A stretch of 64,000 nt of DNA from an uncultured Acidimicrobiia bacterium (GCA_963786955.1 CAWBAT010000004.1:576001-640000), one strand, 5' to 3'; positions 19,219-29,554 are shown, numbered from the stretch's first letter. Notes: generated by a model not told the origin, from the sequence alone. Numbers and translations: made by a program.

Positions 19219-20052
19219 CTAGAGGAGATCATAGAATTTCGAGGCATTTCCCCCCATGAAGGCATCCCATTGGGCTTGATTCGCACTAGATCTCAGGATT
19301 GTTTCCGGCAATTTCATGACCTGGCCGTAATCACCAGCCATAAGGCAAACCGGCCAGTCGCTTCCCCAGCAGATCCGATCCCAGCCGAAGACGTTAAGAA
19401 CATGCTCCAGATAGAAGATAAAATCCGTTTCTCCCCAGTGCTGGTGGTCGGATTCGGTGATCAACCCGGAAATCTTGCAGTAAATATGAGGCGATCGAGC
19501 CAATTCTTTCATTTGGCTGGCCCAAGGTTCTCGGATCCCTGCCTTGATATAAGGCTTTGCAATATGATCCACGATGATTGGCAGTTCGGGAAGCCGATCT
19601 ACCAAGCGCAATGCATTCTCTAATTGGTGGGGCTTCACGAGGAGATCATAGGTCAATCTGGCCTCATGAAGCATCTTCAAACCTCGAATCACTTCCGGTT
19701 GCAACATCCAGTTGGCGTCTGGTTCGTCCTGAATGAGATGTCTCACCCCTTTGAACTTGAGGTTCCCTTTCAGCTTCTCGAGGGTCTTCTCTAGATCGGA
19801 TTCTTTTAAGTCTACCCACCCCACAACTCCCAGGATCAAGTTCGACTTTTCCGCGATTCGCAACAACCAGCGCGTTTCTTCGAGACTTTGATGGGCTTGA
19901 ACGAGGACGGTCCCGGAAATGTGAGAGGATTGGACTGTCTTCACCAAATCGTCTTCAAGGAAATTCCGATAGAGTGGTTTCAATTCGGGAGACATCCAAG
20001 GATAATCCCGGAGCCTCAAATTCCAGAGATGATGGTGGGAATCGATGATCAT
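19219..20052 (-). CDS. Amidohydrolase_2 family protein, L-fuconolactonase-like (COG3618-type)
   Basis: IIDSHHHLW, VLVQA, GVVGWVDL, FKGVRH, VDHIAKP, CKISGL, WGSDWPV. Confidence 0.88.
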   Translation of the reverse strand: MIIDSHHHLWNLRLRDYPWMSPELKPLYRNFLEDDLVKTVQSSHISGTVLVQAHQSLEETRWLLRIAEKSNLILGVVGWVDLKESDLEKTLEKLKGNLKFKGVRHLIQDEPDANWMLQPEVIRGLKMLHEARLTYDLLVKPHQLENALRLVDRLPELPIIVDHIAKPYIKAGIREPWASQMKELARSPHIYCKISGLITESDHQHWGETDFIFYLEHVLNVFGWDRICWGSDWPVCLMAGDYGQVMKLPETILRSSANQAQWDAFMGGNASKFYDLL

Positions 20053-20234
20053 GACGACCCCTCGCTGCACACTTGGCAATCAAAGGAATTATACCTGTGA
20101 TGGTTTGAATGACGGCACCAGAAATGAGACCGGTTCGAAAAATTTCAGCAGACGGACAATTCGGTTTTCGTTGTTTCTTTGAACGTTCAGGCGAGGTAAA
20201 ATGTGAACGTTTGCGACCGAAGCCTTGAGGGATT

Positions 20235-21242
20235 ATGGAAGCTCTTCGTATTCAAAACATTATCGTCAATCCACCGACTTTTCTCTCCCCTATGGCGGGG
20301 CTCACTGATAGCGTCTTTCGCCGGCTGATCAAGCGGCTGGGAGGATGCGGTCTGGTGATGACCGAATTTACCAGCGCAGAGGGGTTGACTCGTAACTCTT
20401 TCAAAAGTAAACGGATGCTTTGCTTTCACGAAGAGGAAAGACCCGTTACGGCACAACTTTTCGGAGCCGACCCGACCCGGCTGGCTGATGCAGCCCGAAT
20501 GGTAGTAGACCTGGGATTCGACGCGATAGACCTGAATCTTGGCTGCCCTGCGAAAAAAGTTGTAAAGGCATGTGGCGGGTCTGCCCTGTTGCGGGAGTTG
20601 AAATTACTGGAAGAGATTCTCCGGGTGATACGAAGAACTACCACGCTCCCTTTTACAATTAAAATCCGGGCCGGTTGGAGCGAAGACGAAATTGTGTCTC
20701 AGCGAGTCGGAAAGATGGCACAAGAAATTGGAGTTGACGCCATCGCATTTCATCCGAGAACTCGACTGCAGGGTTTCTCAGGTCATTCGGACTGGCGCCT
20801 CATCGCTGAACTAAAAAGTAGCTTGAGTATCCCCGTGATTGGTAACGGTGATATTGTGGCCCCGGAGGATGCTTTCCGCATGATGCGAGAAACTCAATGT
20901 GATGGGGTCATGATCGGTCGAGGTGCTCTGAGCAATCCCTGGATTTTCCGACAGATTGAAGAGATCAGACACGGACTACCCCCGACACAGGCCACGGTGG
21001 AAGACAAATACAACCTCATTAAGAGTTATTTCCAGTTACTGTTTGAAGAAGAAACGCCAGGAGCCATTGGGAAGATGAAGCAATTTGCTTCTTGGTTCAC
21101 CCATGCAATCCCTTATGGAGCGGCTTTGCGGAAGTCGATTTACGAGTCCGAGAGCACTCGAGAAGTGATGGAGCGTATTGAGAATTTCTTCCACGATGCT
21201 CTGAATCCATCCAAAGAAAATGCCGACCTTTCGGTCGCCTGA
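20235..21242 (+). CDS. dusB: tRNA-dihydrouridine synthase
   Basis: LSPMAGLTD, DLNLGCP, HPRT, PVIGNGDI, DGVMIGRG. Confidence 0.92.
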   Translation: MEALRIQNIIVNPPTFLSPMAGLTDSVFRRLIKRLGGCGLVMTEFTSAEGLTRNSFKSKRMLCFHEEERPVTAQLFGADPTRLADAARMVVDLGFDAIDLNLGCPAKKVVKACGGSALLRELKLLEEILRVIRRTTTLPFTIKIRAGWSEDEIVSQRVGKMAQEIGVDAIAFHPRTRLQGFSGHSDWRLIAELKSSLSIPVIGNGDIVAPEDAFRMMRETQCDGVMIGRGALSNPWIFRQIEEIRHGLPPTQATVEDKYNLIKSYFQLLFEEETPGAIGKMKQFASWFTHAIPYGAALRKSIYESESTREVMERIENFFHDALNPSKENADLSVA

Positions 21243-21268
21243 CTACGTCTTACTAGGAGTAAGCCCAC

Positions 21269-22450
21269 ATGCTGGAAGAAGTTTTGACCTCTGCCACAAT
21301 CCGAGAGACTGAAGATCAACACGGAGCGGGAACATATTACAAGCGTCCAATCGTCATCGTTCGGGGTCGGGGAGCGCACCTTTGGGATGAGTCCGGCCGA
21401 GAATACATCGACTGTGTTGGCGGGCAGGGAGCCGCAAACATCGGACACCAAAATCCCTACGTCAATAAAGCCATTCAGGAGCAGTCCCAAAAATTAATCA
21501 ACTGTACGGAGCTGTTCTACAACGATCAAAGAGCCCGTTTGTTGGAAAAGCTCGGGCAGATCTGCCCTTCTCCGATCTCCCGTTTTTTCTTGTGCAATTC
21601 TGGCGCCGAATCCATTGAAGGCGCCTTTAAGTTTGCTCGTTTGGCAACGGGCCGAACGGAGATAGTGGCCACCATGCGGGGGTACCACGGGAAAACCTTC
21701 GGGGCTCTCAGCGCAACATGGAATAAAGAATACCGGCAACCTTTTGAGCCATTGCTGCCGGGTTTTTCCCATGTCCCATTTGATAACCTTGAGAAGGCCC
21801 AGGAGGCCATCACCGAAAGAACCGCCGCGTTCATTGTAGAGCCAATCCAGGGGGAGAGCGGCGTGCGGCCGGGGTCTCGTGCCTACTTCCAAGGTATCCA
21901 GAAACGTTGCCGGGAAACAGGAACTCTTTTGATCCTCGATGAAGTGCAAACCGGTTTCTGCAGAACGGGTCGCATGTTTGCGCTTGAGCATTTTGGAGTA
22001 GAACCGGACATTCTCTGTCTGGCCAAGTCCCTCGCAGGGGGCATCCCCATGGGGGCTATTGGTCTCAGTGAAGCGGTAGCCTCAAAGCTATTCAAGCTTG
22101 CTCATACCTCGACTTTTGGCGGCAACCCTCTCGCTTGTGCGGCGGCCACTGCGGCGATTCAATACATGGAAGATTTTCACCTTGCTTCCCGCGCCGAAGA
22201 ATTGGGAAGGGAGTTCATGGCCATGCTACGGCAGATTAAATCTACCCGAATCCGCGAGGTTCGTGGTTTGGGTTTGATGGTCGGAATTGAGCTCAAGGAA
22301 AAAAGCGGCTCTCACATTCAGAAATTGATGGAGAAGGGGGTCCTTGTCCTGGGAGCCGGACCAACCGTGATTCGCTACCTACCGCCTTTGGTGATCGATC
22401 GCGAAGACTTGGCCCGGGTAGCTGAGCTGACCGGAGAAGTTTTGACCTAG
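21269..22450 (+). CDS. lysJ: Class III PLP aminotransferase, [LysW]-aminoadipate semialdehyde transaminase (LysJ/ArgD-like)
   Basis: YIDCVGGQGAANIGH, FLCNSGAES, EPIQGESG, DEVQTG, LAKSLAGG, HTSTFGGNPL; a LysK-like gene lies nearby. Confidence 0.8.
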   Translation: MLEEVLTSATIRETEDQHGAGTYYKRPIVIVRGRGAHLWDESGREYIDCVGGQGAANIGHQNPYVNKAIQEQSQKLINCTELFYNDQRARLLEKLGQICPSPISRFFLCNSGAESIEGAFKFARLATGRTEIVATMRGYHGKTFGALSATWNKEYRQPFEPLLPGFSHVPFDNLEKAQEAITERTAAFIVEPIQGESGVRPGSRAYFQGIQKRCRETGTLLILDEVQTGFCRTGRMFALEHFGVEPDILCLAKSLAGGIPMGAIGLSEAVASKLFKLAHTSTFGGNPLACAAATAAIQYMEDFHLASRAEELGREFMAMLRQIKSTRIREVRGLGLMVGIELKEKSGSHIQKLMEKGVLVLGAGPTVIRYLPPLVIDREDLARVAELTGEVLT

Positions 22451-22569
22451 GGAAACTGCAGCAAATAGTTCCATTGAATACAAGAACACCTAATCCTTTT
22501 TCGTTCAATGGCTCCAGGTGATTGCCACCCGCTGTCCGATGCCACATTGGGGGTTGGAAGGAGAAATTG

Positions 22570-23139
22570 ATGATGCGCGCGGCTTCATTTCAAAAGCATT
22601 TTTCACTTTGCATCTTTATGGCCTGGTCACTGCTGGGCGAAACCTATCCGGCTTCAGAAACTCAGACTTCCGCGGGAGACACCAAAGGGACCTCTCAATC
22701 GGACAGCAAAGAGAAGAAAGTGTACACCAACAGCGATCTGGAACGCCTCAAGACGACTCAGCCCATAAACCAAGACGCGGCAAAGAAAGATAATTCCGGG
22801 AAAAACCGAAGTTCAAATTCAGCACTGGACAATTATCGCGATATTCACGGGCACGACCGTGAGTACTGGCAGCAAAAATTACATCCGCTCCGCAGTAAAG
22901 TAAATCTTTTGGATTCGAAAATAACGGATCTGGAGAATAAGAAGGCTGAGCAAACCGTCAGTAGCGGACTTAAAGTCTCCAAGAGTGGCAAACTGCATGC
23001 AAGTTCCGGTGACCCTCAAGCTAAGTTACAACAGAAGATCGATGAATTGAAGCTGCAACGATATCAAGTATCTCGGGATATTGAAGATCTGGAAGAAAAG
23101 GCCCGGAAAGATCAAGCACTCCCGGAATGGCTGAGGTAA
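22570..23139 (+). CDS. Exported coiled-coil hypothetical protein
   Basis: Signal-like N-terminus, KKVYTNSDL motif, coiled coil, ends ARKDQALPEWLR. Confidence 0.7.
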   Translation: MMRAASFQKHFSLCIFMAWSLLGETYPASETQTSAGDTKGTSQSDSKEKKVYTNSDLERLKTTQPINQDAAKKDNSGKNRSSNSALDNYRDIHGHDREYWQQKLHPLRSKVNLLDSKITDLENKKAEQTVSSGLKVSKSGKLHASSGDPQAKLQQKIDELKLQRYQVSRDIEDLEEKARKDQALPEWLR

Positions 23140-23240
23140 GACATCCTTCTTGCCAGCCAACTCTTTGCTCTGCCGGAGACACCCTTCAGCTTGACTTATT
23201 CCCCCTTACATAGGAATTACATTCAAGAAGTCACAAAGGT

Positions 23241-24353
23241 GTGAGACCATTGGATCAGCAACCAAACCCAACTTTACCGGATTCAAAGGCAAACCAGAAA
23301 AGCCCTAGTGAAGAGGAACTGGACCTGTTAGTAAGAATGGTCGAAATTCCAAGCCCTTCTCACCATGAAGCAAAACTTTCTGCCTATCTGGTTGATTCTC
23401 TAAAGGCAAGAGGCTTTCATGCCTACCAGGACAACGTCAGCAACGCCGTCGGCATACTCGGTTCTGGAGAGAAGACCATTGTCCTGCTGGGCCACATGGA
23501 TACTGTCCCCGGAGACATCCGGGTGAGAATAGAAGAAGGTAAACTCTTCGGCCGTGGCGCGGTCGATGCCAAGGGCCCCTTGGCCTGTTTTATAAGTGCT
23601 GCCAGCCGCCTTCGGGATGAAGTGAACCACTTGAATAAGAAAATCATTTTAGTTGCCGCCGTTGAAGAAGAGGCTGCGACATCGCGCGGAGCTCATGAAG
23701 CTCTTCGAATGTTCAAATCTCCAAATTTCTGCATCATTGGTGAACCTAGCAGTTGGGATGCTGTTACGCTCGGGTATAAAGGACGCCTTTTGCTGGATTA
23801 CGAGCTGGAAATCCCAATGAAGCACACGGCGGCGCAGGGGAAGTTGGTTTGTGAGGAAACTATCGACTTCTGGAATCAAATCAAAGCCTGGTGTCACCCT
23901 CTTAACGAAGGAAAGGGACGCTTTGAAACAATTGACTGTACCATTCGCTCATTTAATTCCGAAAACAACGGGATTCACGAACGGGCGAAAGTAAAGCTTG
24001 GATTCCGCTTGCCGGTGCATTTTCCTTTGAAGGAGTTCAAAATTTTTCTGGTTGATGCTGCCGGAGCTGCACAACTCAATTTTTCGGGCGAGGAGGTTGC
24101 GGTGCGAATGGGGAAGTCGAATCCTTTGGTCAAATCTTTCCTTCAGTCGATTCGCGCTCATCAAGGGTCGCCCAAATTCAAAGTGAAAACTGGCACGTCT
24201 GACATGAATGTCGTGGCACCGCAGTGGAACTGCCCTCTGCTCGCCTACGGGCCAGGCGACTCTTCACTGGACCACACCCCGCATGAACATATCGAAATCG
24301 AGGAATACGGAAAGTCCATCGACGTGTTAGAATCGGTGTTGCGAACCATATAA
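23241..24353 (+). CDS. lysK: M20 family [LysW]-lysine/ornithine hydrolase
   Basis: LLGHMDTVPG, GRGAVDAKGPL, VEEE, IIGEPS, TLGYKG, KTGTSDMN, YGPGDSSLDHTPHEHI. Confidence 0.85.
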   Translation: MRPLDQQPNPTLPDSKANQKSPSEEELDLLVRMVEIPSPSHHEAKLSAYLVDSLKARGFHAYQDNVSNAVGILGSGEKTIVLLGHMDTVPGDIRVRIEEGKLFGRGAVDAKGPLACFISAASRLRDEVNHLNKKIILVAAVEEEAATSRGAHEALRMFKSPNFCIIGEPSSWDAVTLGYKGRLLLDYELEIPMKHTAAQGKLVCEETIDFWNQIKAWCHPLNEGKGRFETIDCTIRSFNSENNGIHERAKVKLGFRLPVHFPLKEFKIFLVDAAGAAQLNFSGEEVAVRMGKSNPLVKSFLQSIRAHQGSPKFKVKTGTSDMNVVAPQWNCPLLAYGPGDSSLDHTPHEHIEIEEYGKSIDVLESVLRTI

Positions 24354-24397
24354 TATCAACTCAATTTTCCAAGAGGCCGGCAAAAACCAAGGATCCC

Positions 24398-25249
24398 ATG
24401 TTAGAAATTCAGACCATCCCGGTTTTATCCGTAGCGCAAAAGGAGGAACAATTAGTTCGGATCTTGTCTGAACTGAAACGAGTAGTCATCGGGTTTAGTG
24501 GAGGCGTAGACAGCTCCTATCTGGCCTTTATGGCAAATCGCGTCCTGGGACAAAATGCACTTTGTGTCACGGCCATCAGTCCGTCCTACCCATCATTTCA
24601 GAAGAAAGAAACAGCGGAATTCGTAATGCAATTTGGTTTGAATCATCAAGTGATCGAGTCGAATGAACTCGAAAACCCCGAATACCGCGAAAACGCCCCA
24701 AATCGCTGCTATTTCTGCAAGAGTGAACTCTTCTCGAAACTTTGGGAGTTGGCGAAGGAAGGAGGCTATGAGGCTGTATTGGACGGGACCAACCACGACG
24801 ATCTCCAAGATTTTCGTCCTGGACGCAGAGCTGCGTCAGAATACTCGGTCCGGAGCCCACTGTTAGAAGCCCGAATGACTAAACTCGATATTCGAGAACT
24901 CTCCCAGAGATCAGGTCTCCCAACGTGGGAAAAGCCGGCTTTACCGTGCCTGTCTTCGCGTTTCCCCTACGGGACTTCAATCTCGGCGGAGAGACTTTCA
25001 GTGGTCGATCAAGGCGAAACGATCCTGCGGGATTTTGGCTTTCGTATCTTTCGAGTTCGTTACCATGGAGAACTCGTCCGCTTGGAATTTGATTCAGCAG
25101 AATTACCTAAAGCCTTGAACATGACAATGTCCAATATATTGGTAAAACGATTCAAGGCTCTTGGATTTAAATACGTCACTCTCGACCTCGAAGGCTATCG
25201 GTCCGGTTCCCTGAACGAGGTCTTGCCAATTGTTCAAGAACCCTCCTGA
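24398..25249 (+). CDS. larE: LarE-family ATP-dependent sulfur transferase
   Basis: FSGGVDS PP-loop, RCYFCK, DGTNHDD, RPGRRA, PCLSSRFPYG, GYRSGSLN. Confidence 0.9.
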   Translation: MLEIQTIPVLSVAQKEEQLVRILSELKRVVIGFSGGVDSSYLAFMANRVLGQNALCVTAISPSYPSFQKKETAEFVMQFGLNHQVIESNELENPEYRENAPNRCYFCKSELFSKLWELAKEGGYEAVLDGTNHDDLQDFRPGRRAASEYSVRSPLLEARMTKLDIRELSQRSGLPTWEKPALPCLSSRFPYGTSISAERLSVVDQGETILRDFGFRIFRVRYHGELVRLEFDSAELPKALNMTMSNILVKRFKALGFKYVTLDLEGYRSGSLNEVLPIVQEPS

Positions 25250-25404
25250 GTTTCCCCCTCGCCGAGGATAATCCCTTGCGAACCTCAGCGTGTTTCGATT
25301 TAATTCCCGCATAATAGCCGGCTCCAAAAGCAGTTGTCTGCCGCAAGAAACTTCTATAGGATTGAGCCGCATTCGGCTCGACAAAATGGAAAACGAGGAA
25401 GAAT

Positions 25405-25866
25405 GTGATGGCTGACGAAAGTTTGAATAACGGCAGCGTTCAATCGTTCCGAAAGATTCAGTCGATCTACTTCTCAATTTTATTTTCGGTGGTGACTTAT
25501 CTCGGATTTGGATTGTGGCAACGCCCCACCCCTCATCTTTCAGGAGGAACGAAGGAGACCGCTGTCTTCACTCAGATCTTTTATTTCCTTAGTGCCGCGT
25601 TGATCGTATTGATATTTATTGTGCGTAGGAAAATATACCACCGACCTCCCATGATTTCTCCTTCTCCGCAGGAGGCCTTGAAACTGATGAACTTCTACTA
25701 TGTGGGTCACTTGTCAATCTATGTTCTTTGCGGAGCGATTGGGTTGTTGGGGCTTCTTCTTTTATTTATGACGGGTTTGGTTCAGCGTTTCTTAAATTTA
25801 TCGCTCGTGTCCATTCTCCTGATGGTCATACTCTATCCCCGTAAAATTGCGGAAGGTAATCAATGA
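25405..25866 (+). CDS. Small membrane protein with about 4 TM helices
   Basis: Hydrophobic helices; stop overlaps the purD start (ATGA). Start may be ATG 25408. Confidence 0.7.
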   Translation: MMADESLNNGSVQSFRKIQSIYFSILFSVVTYLGFGLWQRPTPHLSGGTKETAVFTQIFYFLSAALIVLIFIVRRKIYHRPPMISPSPQEALKLMNFYYVGHLSIYVLCGAIGLLGLLLLFMTGLVQRFLNLSLVSILLMVILYPRKIAEGNQ

Positions 25867-27167
25867 AAATTCTGGTGATTGGTTCGGGAGGCCGGGAACA
25901 CGCACTCTGCTGGGCACTCCGAAAATCAAAACGAGTTACCCAGATCTTCTGTGCCCCGGGCAACGGAGGCACAGCGGAGGTTGCGCAGAATATTCCTGTG
26001 GCGGCTCATCAAATAGAGGCGCTGGCCCAATTCGCAATACGGGAGGCAGTTGACTTGACCGTTGTGGGCCCTGAACTCCCCCTTACTTTGGGAATCGTAG
26101 ATGTTTTTGAGGAAAAAGGGCTTGCGATCATTGGGCCCAACGCGGCCGCTGCTCGCCTGGAGGGAAGCAAGATTTTTGCAAAAGAGTTCATGCAACGTTA
26201 TGGCATCCCTTCCAGCCCTTTTGAGAAAACGGGTTCCTGGAAGCAAGCGGTGGAAATTGTGCGCAGCGGGCATTTCGGCTTCCCAGTCGTGATCAAGGCA
26301 GATGGCCTGGCAGCAGGAAAAGGCGTCATTATCGCTCGGAACCTCAAGGAGGCAGAGTTGGCCATCAGCCAGATCATGGTTGAGAAAGCGCTTGGCTCAG
26401 CTGGAGACAATATTATCATCGAGCAGTTTCTTGAGGGCGAGGAGACATCGTTCCTTGTTTTTAGCGACGGAGTTCATGCGCTCCCGATGGTCACGGCCCA
26501 AGACCACAAGGCCGTATTTGATAATGACCAGGGGCCCAACACAGGAGGGATGGGCGCTTATTCAACGGATTGGATCTTAAGCCCGTCCGCGTGCCAGCAA
26601 GTCATGGAAAGGATTGTCAAGCCTACCCTGGAAGGAATGGCAGCGGAGGGGGCTCCTTTTCGAGGAATCCTTTATGTGGGCCTCATGCTGACTTCGGAAG
26701 GGATGACCGTACTGGAATATAACACGCGATTTGGAGACCCGGAAACCCAACCTATTCTCTTCAGGCTGAACAGTGACCTGGTTGAGGTGTTTGAGGGAGT
26801 CCGTGATCAAAATCTTGAGCGAATCACCCTTGACTGGGACCACGATACCAGCGTCTGCGTGGTGCTGGCGGCAGGTGGGTATCCTGGAGACTTCGAAAGA
26901 GGAAAGGCCATCAGCGGGATTGCCGAAGCTGAGACGTTGCCTGGAGTTAAGGTTTTTCATGGTGGCACAGAAAATCAAGACGGCAGCCCGATTTCAACTA
27001 GCGGTAGAGTCCTTGGAGTTACCGCAAAAGCCGAGAGCTTAAATGCAGCCATCGGTTTGGTTTACCAGGCTGTCGACCGTATTCACTTCGACCAAATGCA
27101 TTATCGCCGGGATATTGGCAGAAAAGGGTTAAGGAAAGAATCACTGCGAATGAAGGCAGATGGATGA
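25863..27167 (+). CDS. purD: Phosphoribosylamine--glycine ligase
   Basis: GSGGREHAL, VGPE, LEGSK, KADGLAAGKGV, GPNTGGMGAY, EYNTRFGDPETQ. Confidence 0.98.
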   Translation: MKILVIGSGGREHALCWALRKSKRVTQIFCAPGNGGTAEVAQNIPVAAHQIEALAQFAIREAVDLTVVGPELPLTLGIVDVFEEKGLAIIGPNAAAARLEGSKIFAKEFMQRYGIPSSPFEKTGSWKQAVEIVRSGHFGFPVVIKADGLAAGKGVIIARNLKEAELAISQIMVEKALGSAGDNIIIEQFLEGEETSFLVFSDGVHALPMVTAQDHKAVFDNDQGPNTGGMGAYSTDWILSPSACQQVMERIVKPTLEGMAAEGAPFRGILYVGLMLTSEGMTVLEYNTRFGDPETQPILFRLNSDLVEVFEGVRDQNLERITLDWDHDTSVCVVLAAGGYPGDFERGKAISGIAEAETLPGVKVFHGGTENQDGSPISTSGRVLGVTAKAESLNAAIGLVYQAVDRIHFDQMHYRRDIGRKGLRKESLRMKADG

Positions 27168-27180
27168 CCCTGTTTAGGAC

Positions 27181-27909
27181 ATGAAGAAGACCCTTCTCGT
27201 GCTTACCGGCCTTCTCCTCTTGTACATTGGCTACGAATACTCCACTCTCCCGGATGTTTCTTATCTACGCAAGGAGAACCCCCTGGAAACTAATCTCATG
27301 CGACAACGCGAGGAGGAAGCGCGCGTTGGGGGGCGAAAGCTCCGCCGTCTTCAGACGTGGGTGCCACTTTCCTTGGTTCCAGACTACCTGATAACAGCGA
27401 TCTTGATAGGAGAAGATGATGCCTTCTACCAACATGAAGGTTTCGATCTCAATCAAATCAAAGAAACGTTCATTCGTAATTGGGAGAAGAAAGGTTTTGT
27501 TCGCGGAGGAAGCACGATCACCCAACAACTTGCAAAAAATCTGTATCTATCCACTTCGAAGACCCCGCTGCGCAAGATCAAAGAGTTTTTCATAGCACGA
27601 AGGCTGGAAGAGGCACTCACCAAGCGTCGAATCCTGGAAATCTACCTCAACGTAATTGAATGGGGAGAGGGAATTTATGGCGTAGAGGCTGCTTCCCATT
27701 TTTACTTCAATAAAACCACCACAGAGCTCACGGTGAAGGAGTCCGTGTTGCTGGCTGCAGTGATTCCTAACCCTCGTCGAATGAATCCAAAACAACCCAC
27801 CAAACGGGTTCAGCTCCGATTTAATCTCATCCTTGACCGTATGATTCAGTACGGCCATATTAATGAGGAACACTATAAGGAGGCAAAAATACCTCCTTCC
27901 TCAGAATAG
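27181..27909 (+). CDS. mtgA: Monofunctional peptidoglycan transglycosylase
   Basis: EDDAFYQHEGFD, GGSTITQQLAKNL, RKIKE, RILEIYLN. Confidence 0.92.
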   Translation: MKKTLLVLTGLLLLYIGYEYSTLPDVSYLRKENPLETNLMRQREEEARVGGRKLRRLQTWVPLSLVPDYLITAILIGEDDAFYQHEGFDLNQIKETFIRNWEKKGFVRGGSTITQQLAKNLYLSTSKTPLRKIKEFFIARRLEEALTKRRILEIYLNVIEWGEGIYGVEAASHFYFNKTTTELTVKESVLLAAVIPNPRRMNPKQPTKRVQLRFNLILDRMIQYGHINEEHYKEAKIPPSSE

Positions 27910-28058
27910 GACCCTTTGGAGACAATAGAAAGATACTGTTCAATGTCTGGAATTCCCGCCCGCCTGATAATATTCCTTTAAAACCTTCAAGCCTTTCCTT
28001 AATTAATCTCTTCATCCCCATTTGTAGGAAGTAGCCCAGTCTCCCGGGCGGTCGCTTT

Positions 28059-28152
28059 TCGGACAATTTGTCCGATCAGAAGTGACCGATTTCATCTTTG
28101 TTGTTATCAAGTTATAGGTAATAAACAAGTTATTTTTGGCAGGCCATATGCT
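28059..28152 (+). promoter_or_regulatory. Sigma54-type promoter with upstream palindrome
   Basis: TTGGCAGGCCATATGCT at 28136-28152 (GG-N10-GC); palindrome TCGGACA-ATT-TGTCCGA at 28059-28075; AT-rich IHF-like sequence between them. Confidence 0.55.
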
Positions 28153-28216
28153 ATTCAATGGGTGTCCGGTTGATCGAGGCAGGGCAACTGGCAAAGAGAT
28201 TTTGAGGAGAGATAAC

Positions 28217-29554
28217 GTGAGGACAGCAGAGATGACATACGAAAACGAAGTCTTAGATCTGATGGTAGAAACGGAACTTTACATCAAGTATCAATCGTAT
28301 GCCAAAGCCATTGAGCTTTTGGAAGATGCGCTAGAACGCTACCCACGTTATCTGCCTGCCAAACAAAGCCTTGAAGACATCTATCGGCGTACCGGCAAAT
28401 TTGACCGAGCCAACGAAATTGCCCGGGAGATTGCTTTGATTTCCGCCCAATTGGCAGATGAACGTTCCTCAAACAAAGGGACCGTTGAGGAAGTTGAGGT
28501 TCAGGCTCGGCGGAAGCAAGTGGAAAAGACCGACGCCATTATCAAGATGGTTTATGAATCCAACGAGTTAGGCGACATTTTAAAGAACTCGGCCCAACAA
28601 TTGGTCCAACACATCCCGGCAGACCGCTGCGTCATTATTTCCTTAGGGAAAGAAAAACCCGTAGCCAAGTATTTCGAATCCTGTGCCGAAGGAACAAGTT
28701 CCTGCTCAGCCCAGAAAACAGCCAAATTGAACTTTCTCCTTCTGAAAATGGTTTCGAATGGAATGGAACCCGTTGCCATTGACGAGACTCTCGGCGCGCC
28801 TTCCCTCTCCGCCCATGAAACGGTCCTCGATGAGTTCAAGATTCACGGGATCATGGCCTTCCCCCTTCTCTATAAGTCAGAGCTGATCGGAATCATTGTG
28901 GTTCATCGATGCACCAAGGGCGTTGCTTGGACAGAATCTGAAAAGACTCTCTTCTATACGGTATCCGGGCATATTGCGGTAGCTCTTAGCAATGCGCGTC
29001 AATTTAGCGCCATGCAGACCATGGCCATCACGGACAAGTTGACGAACGTATACAACCGAAGGTTTTTTGAAGAACGCATGCGGGTTGAACTCTCCAATGC
29101 ACGCCAGCAGAAGTTCCCCGTTAGTTTGGCTCTGTTGGACATCGACTATTTCAAGAAGGTCAATGACACCTTCGGACATGCAGCTGGAGACAAAGTTCTC
29201 TGCAAACTTGGTTTCGTTTTGAGCACGAACCTGAGAAAAGGTTCTGTCATCGCTCGCTATGGAGGCGAGGAGTTCGTGGTGATCTTACCCAACACCAAGT
29301 TGGATGTGGCTCATAAGATCATGGACGGGATCCGCAAGCTGGTCAGTGAAACATTTGCCACAGAAGCGGGGGATCCCATCACGGTCAGTATCGGTGTCCA
29401 AGAAACCTCTTTAGATAATCAGATCGATCTGGACGTCATTCAAAAAGAACTCATTGAGAAGGCAGACGCGTACTTGTACCAAGCCAAGAGAACCGGGCGA
29501 AATCGGGTGTGTTCGATTGCAGAAACTGAAGTGAATTCGGAGCCTACATGCTAA
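28217..29554 (+). CDS. TPR-like-GAF-GGDEF diguanylate cyclase
   Basis: TDKLTNVYNRR, DIDYFKKVNDTFGH, RYGGEEF; GAF domain; GAGGAG RBS before GTG 28217. Confidence 0.9.
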   Translation: MRTAEMTYENEVLDLMVETELYIKYQSYAKAIELLEDALERYPRYLPAKQSLEDIYRRTGKFDRANEIAREIALISAQLADERSSNKGTVEEVEVQARRKQVEKTDAIIKMVYESNELGDILKNSAQQLVQHIPADRCVIISLGKEKPVAKYFESCAEGTSSCSAQKTAKLNFLLLKMVSNGMEPVAIDETLGAPSLSAHETVLDEFKIHGIMAFPLLYKSELIGIIVVHRCTKGVAWTESEKTLFYTVSGHIAVALSNARQFSAMQTMAITDKLTNVYNRRFFEERMRVELSNARQQKFPVSLALLDIDYFKKVNDTFGHAAGDKVLCKLGFVLSTNLRKGSVIARYGGEEFVVILPNTKLDVAHKIMDGIRKLVSETFATEAGDPITVSIGVQETSLDNQIDLDVIQKELIEKADAYLYQAKRTGRNRVCSIAETEVNSEPTC

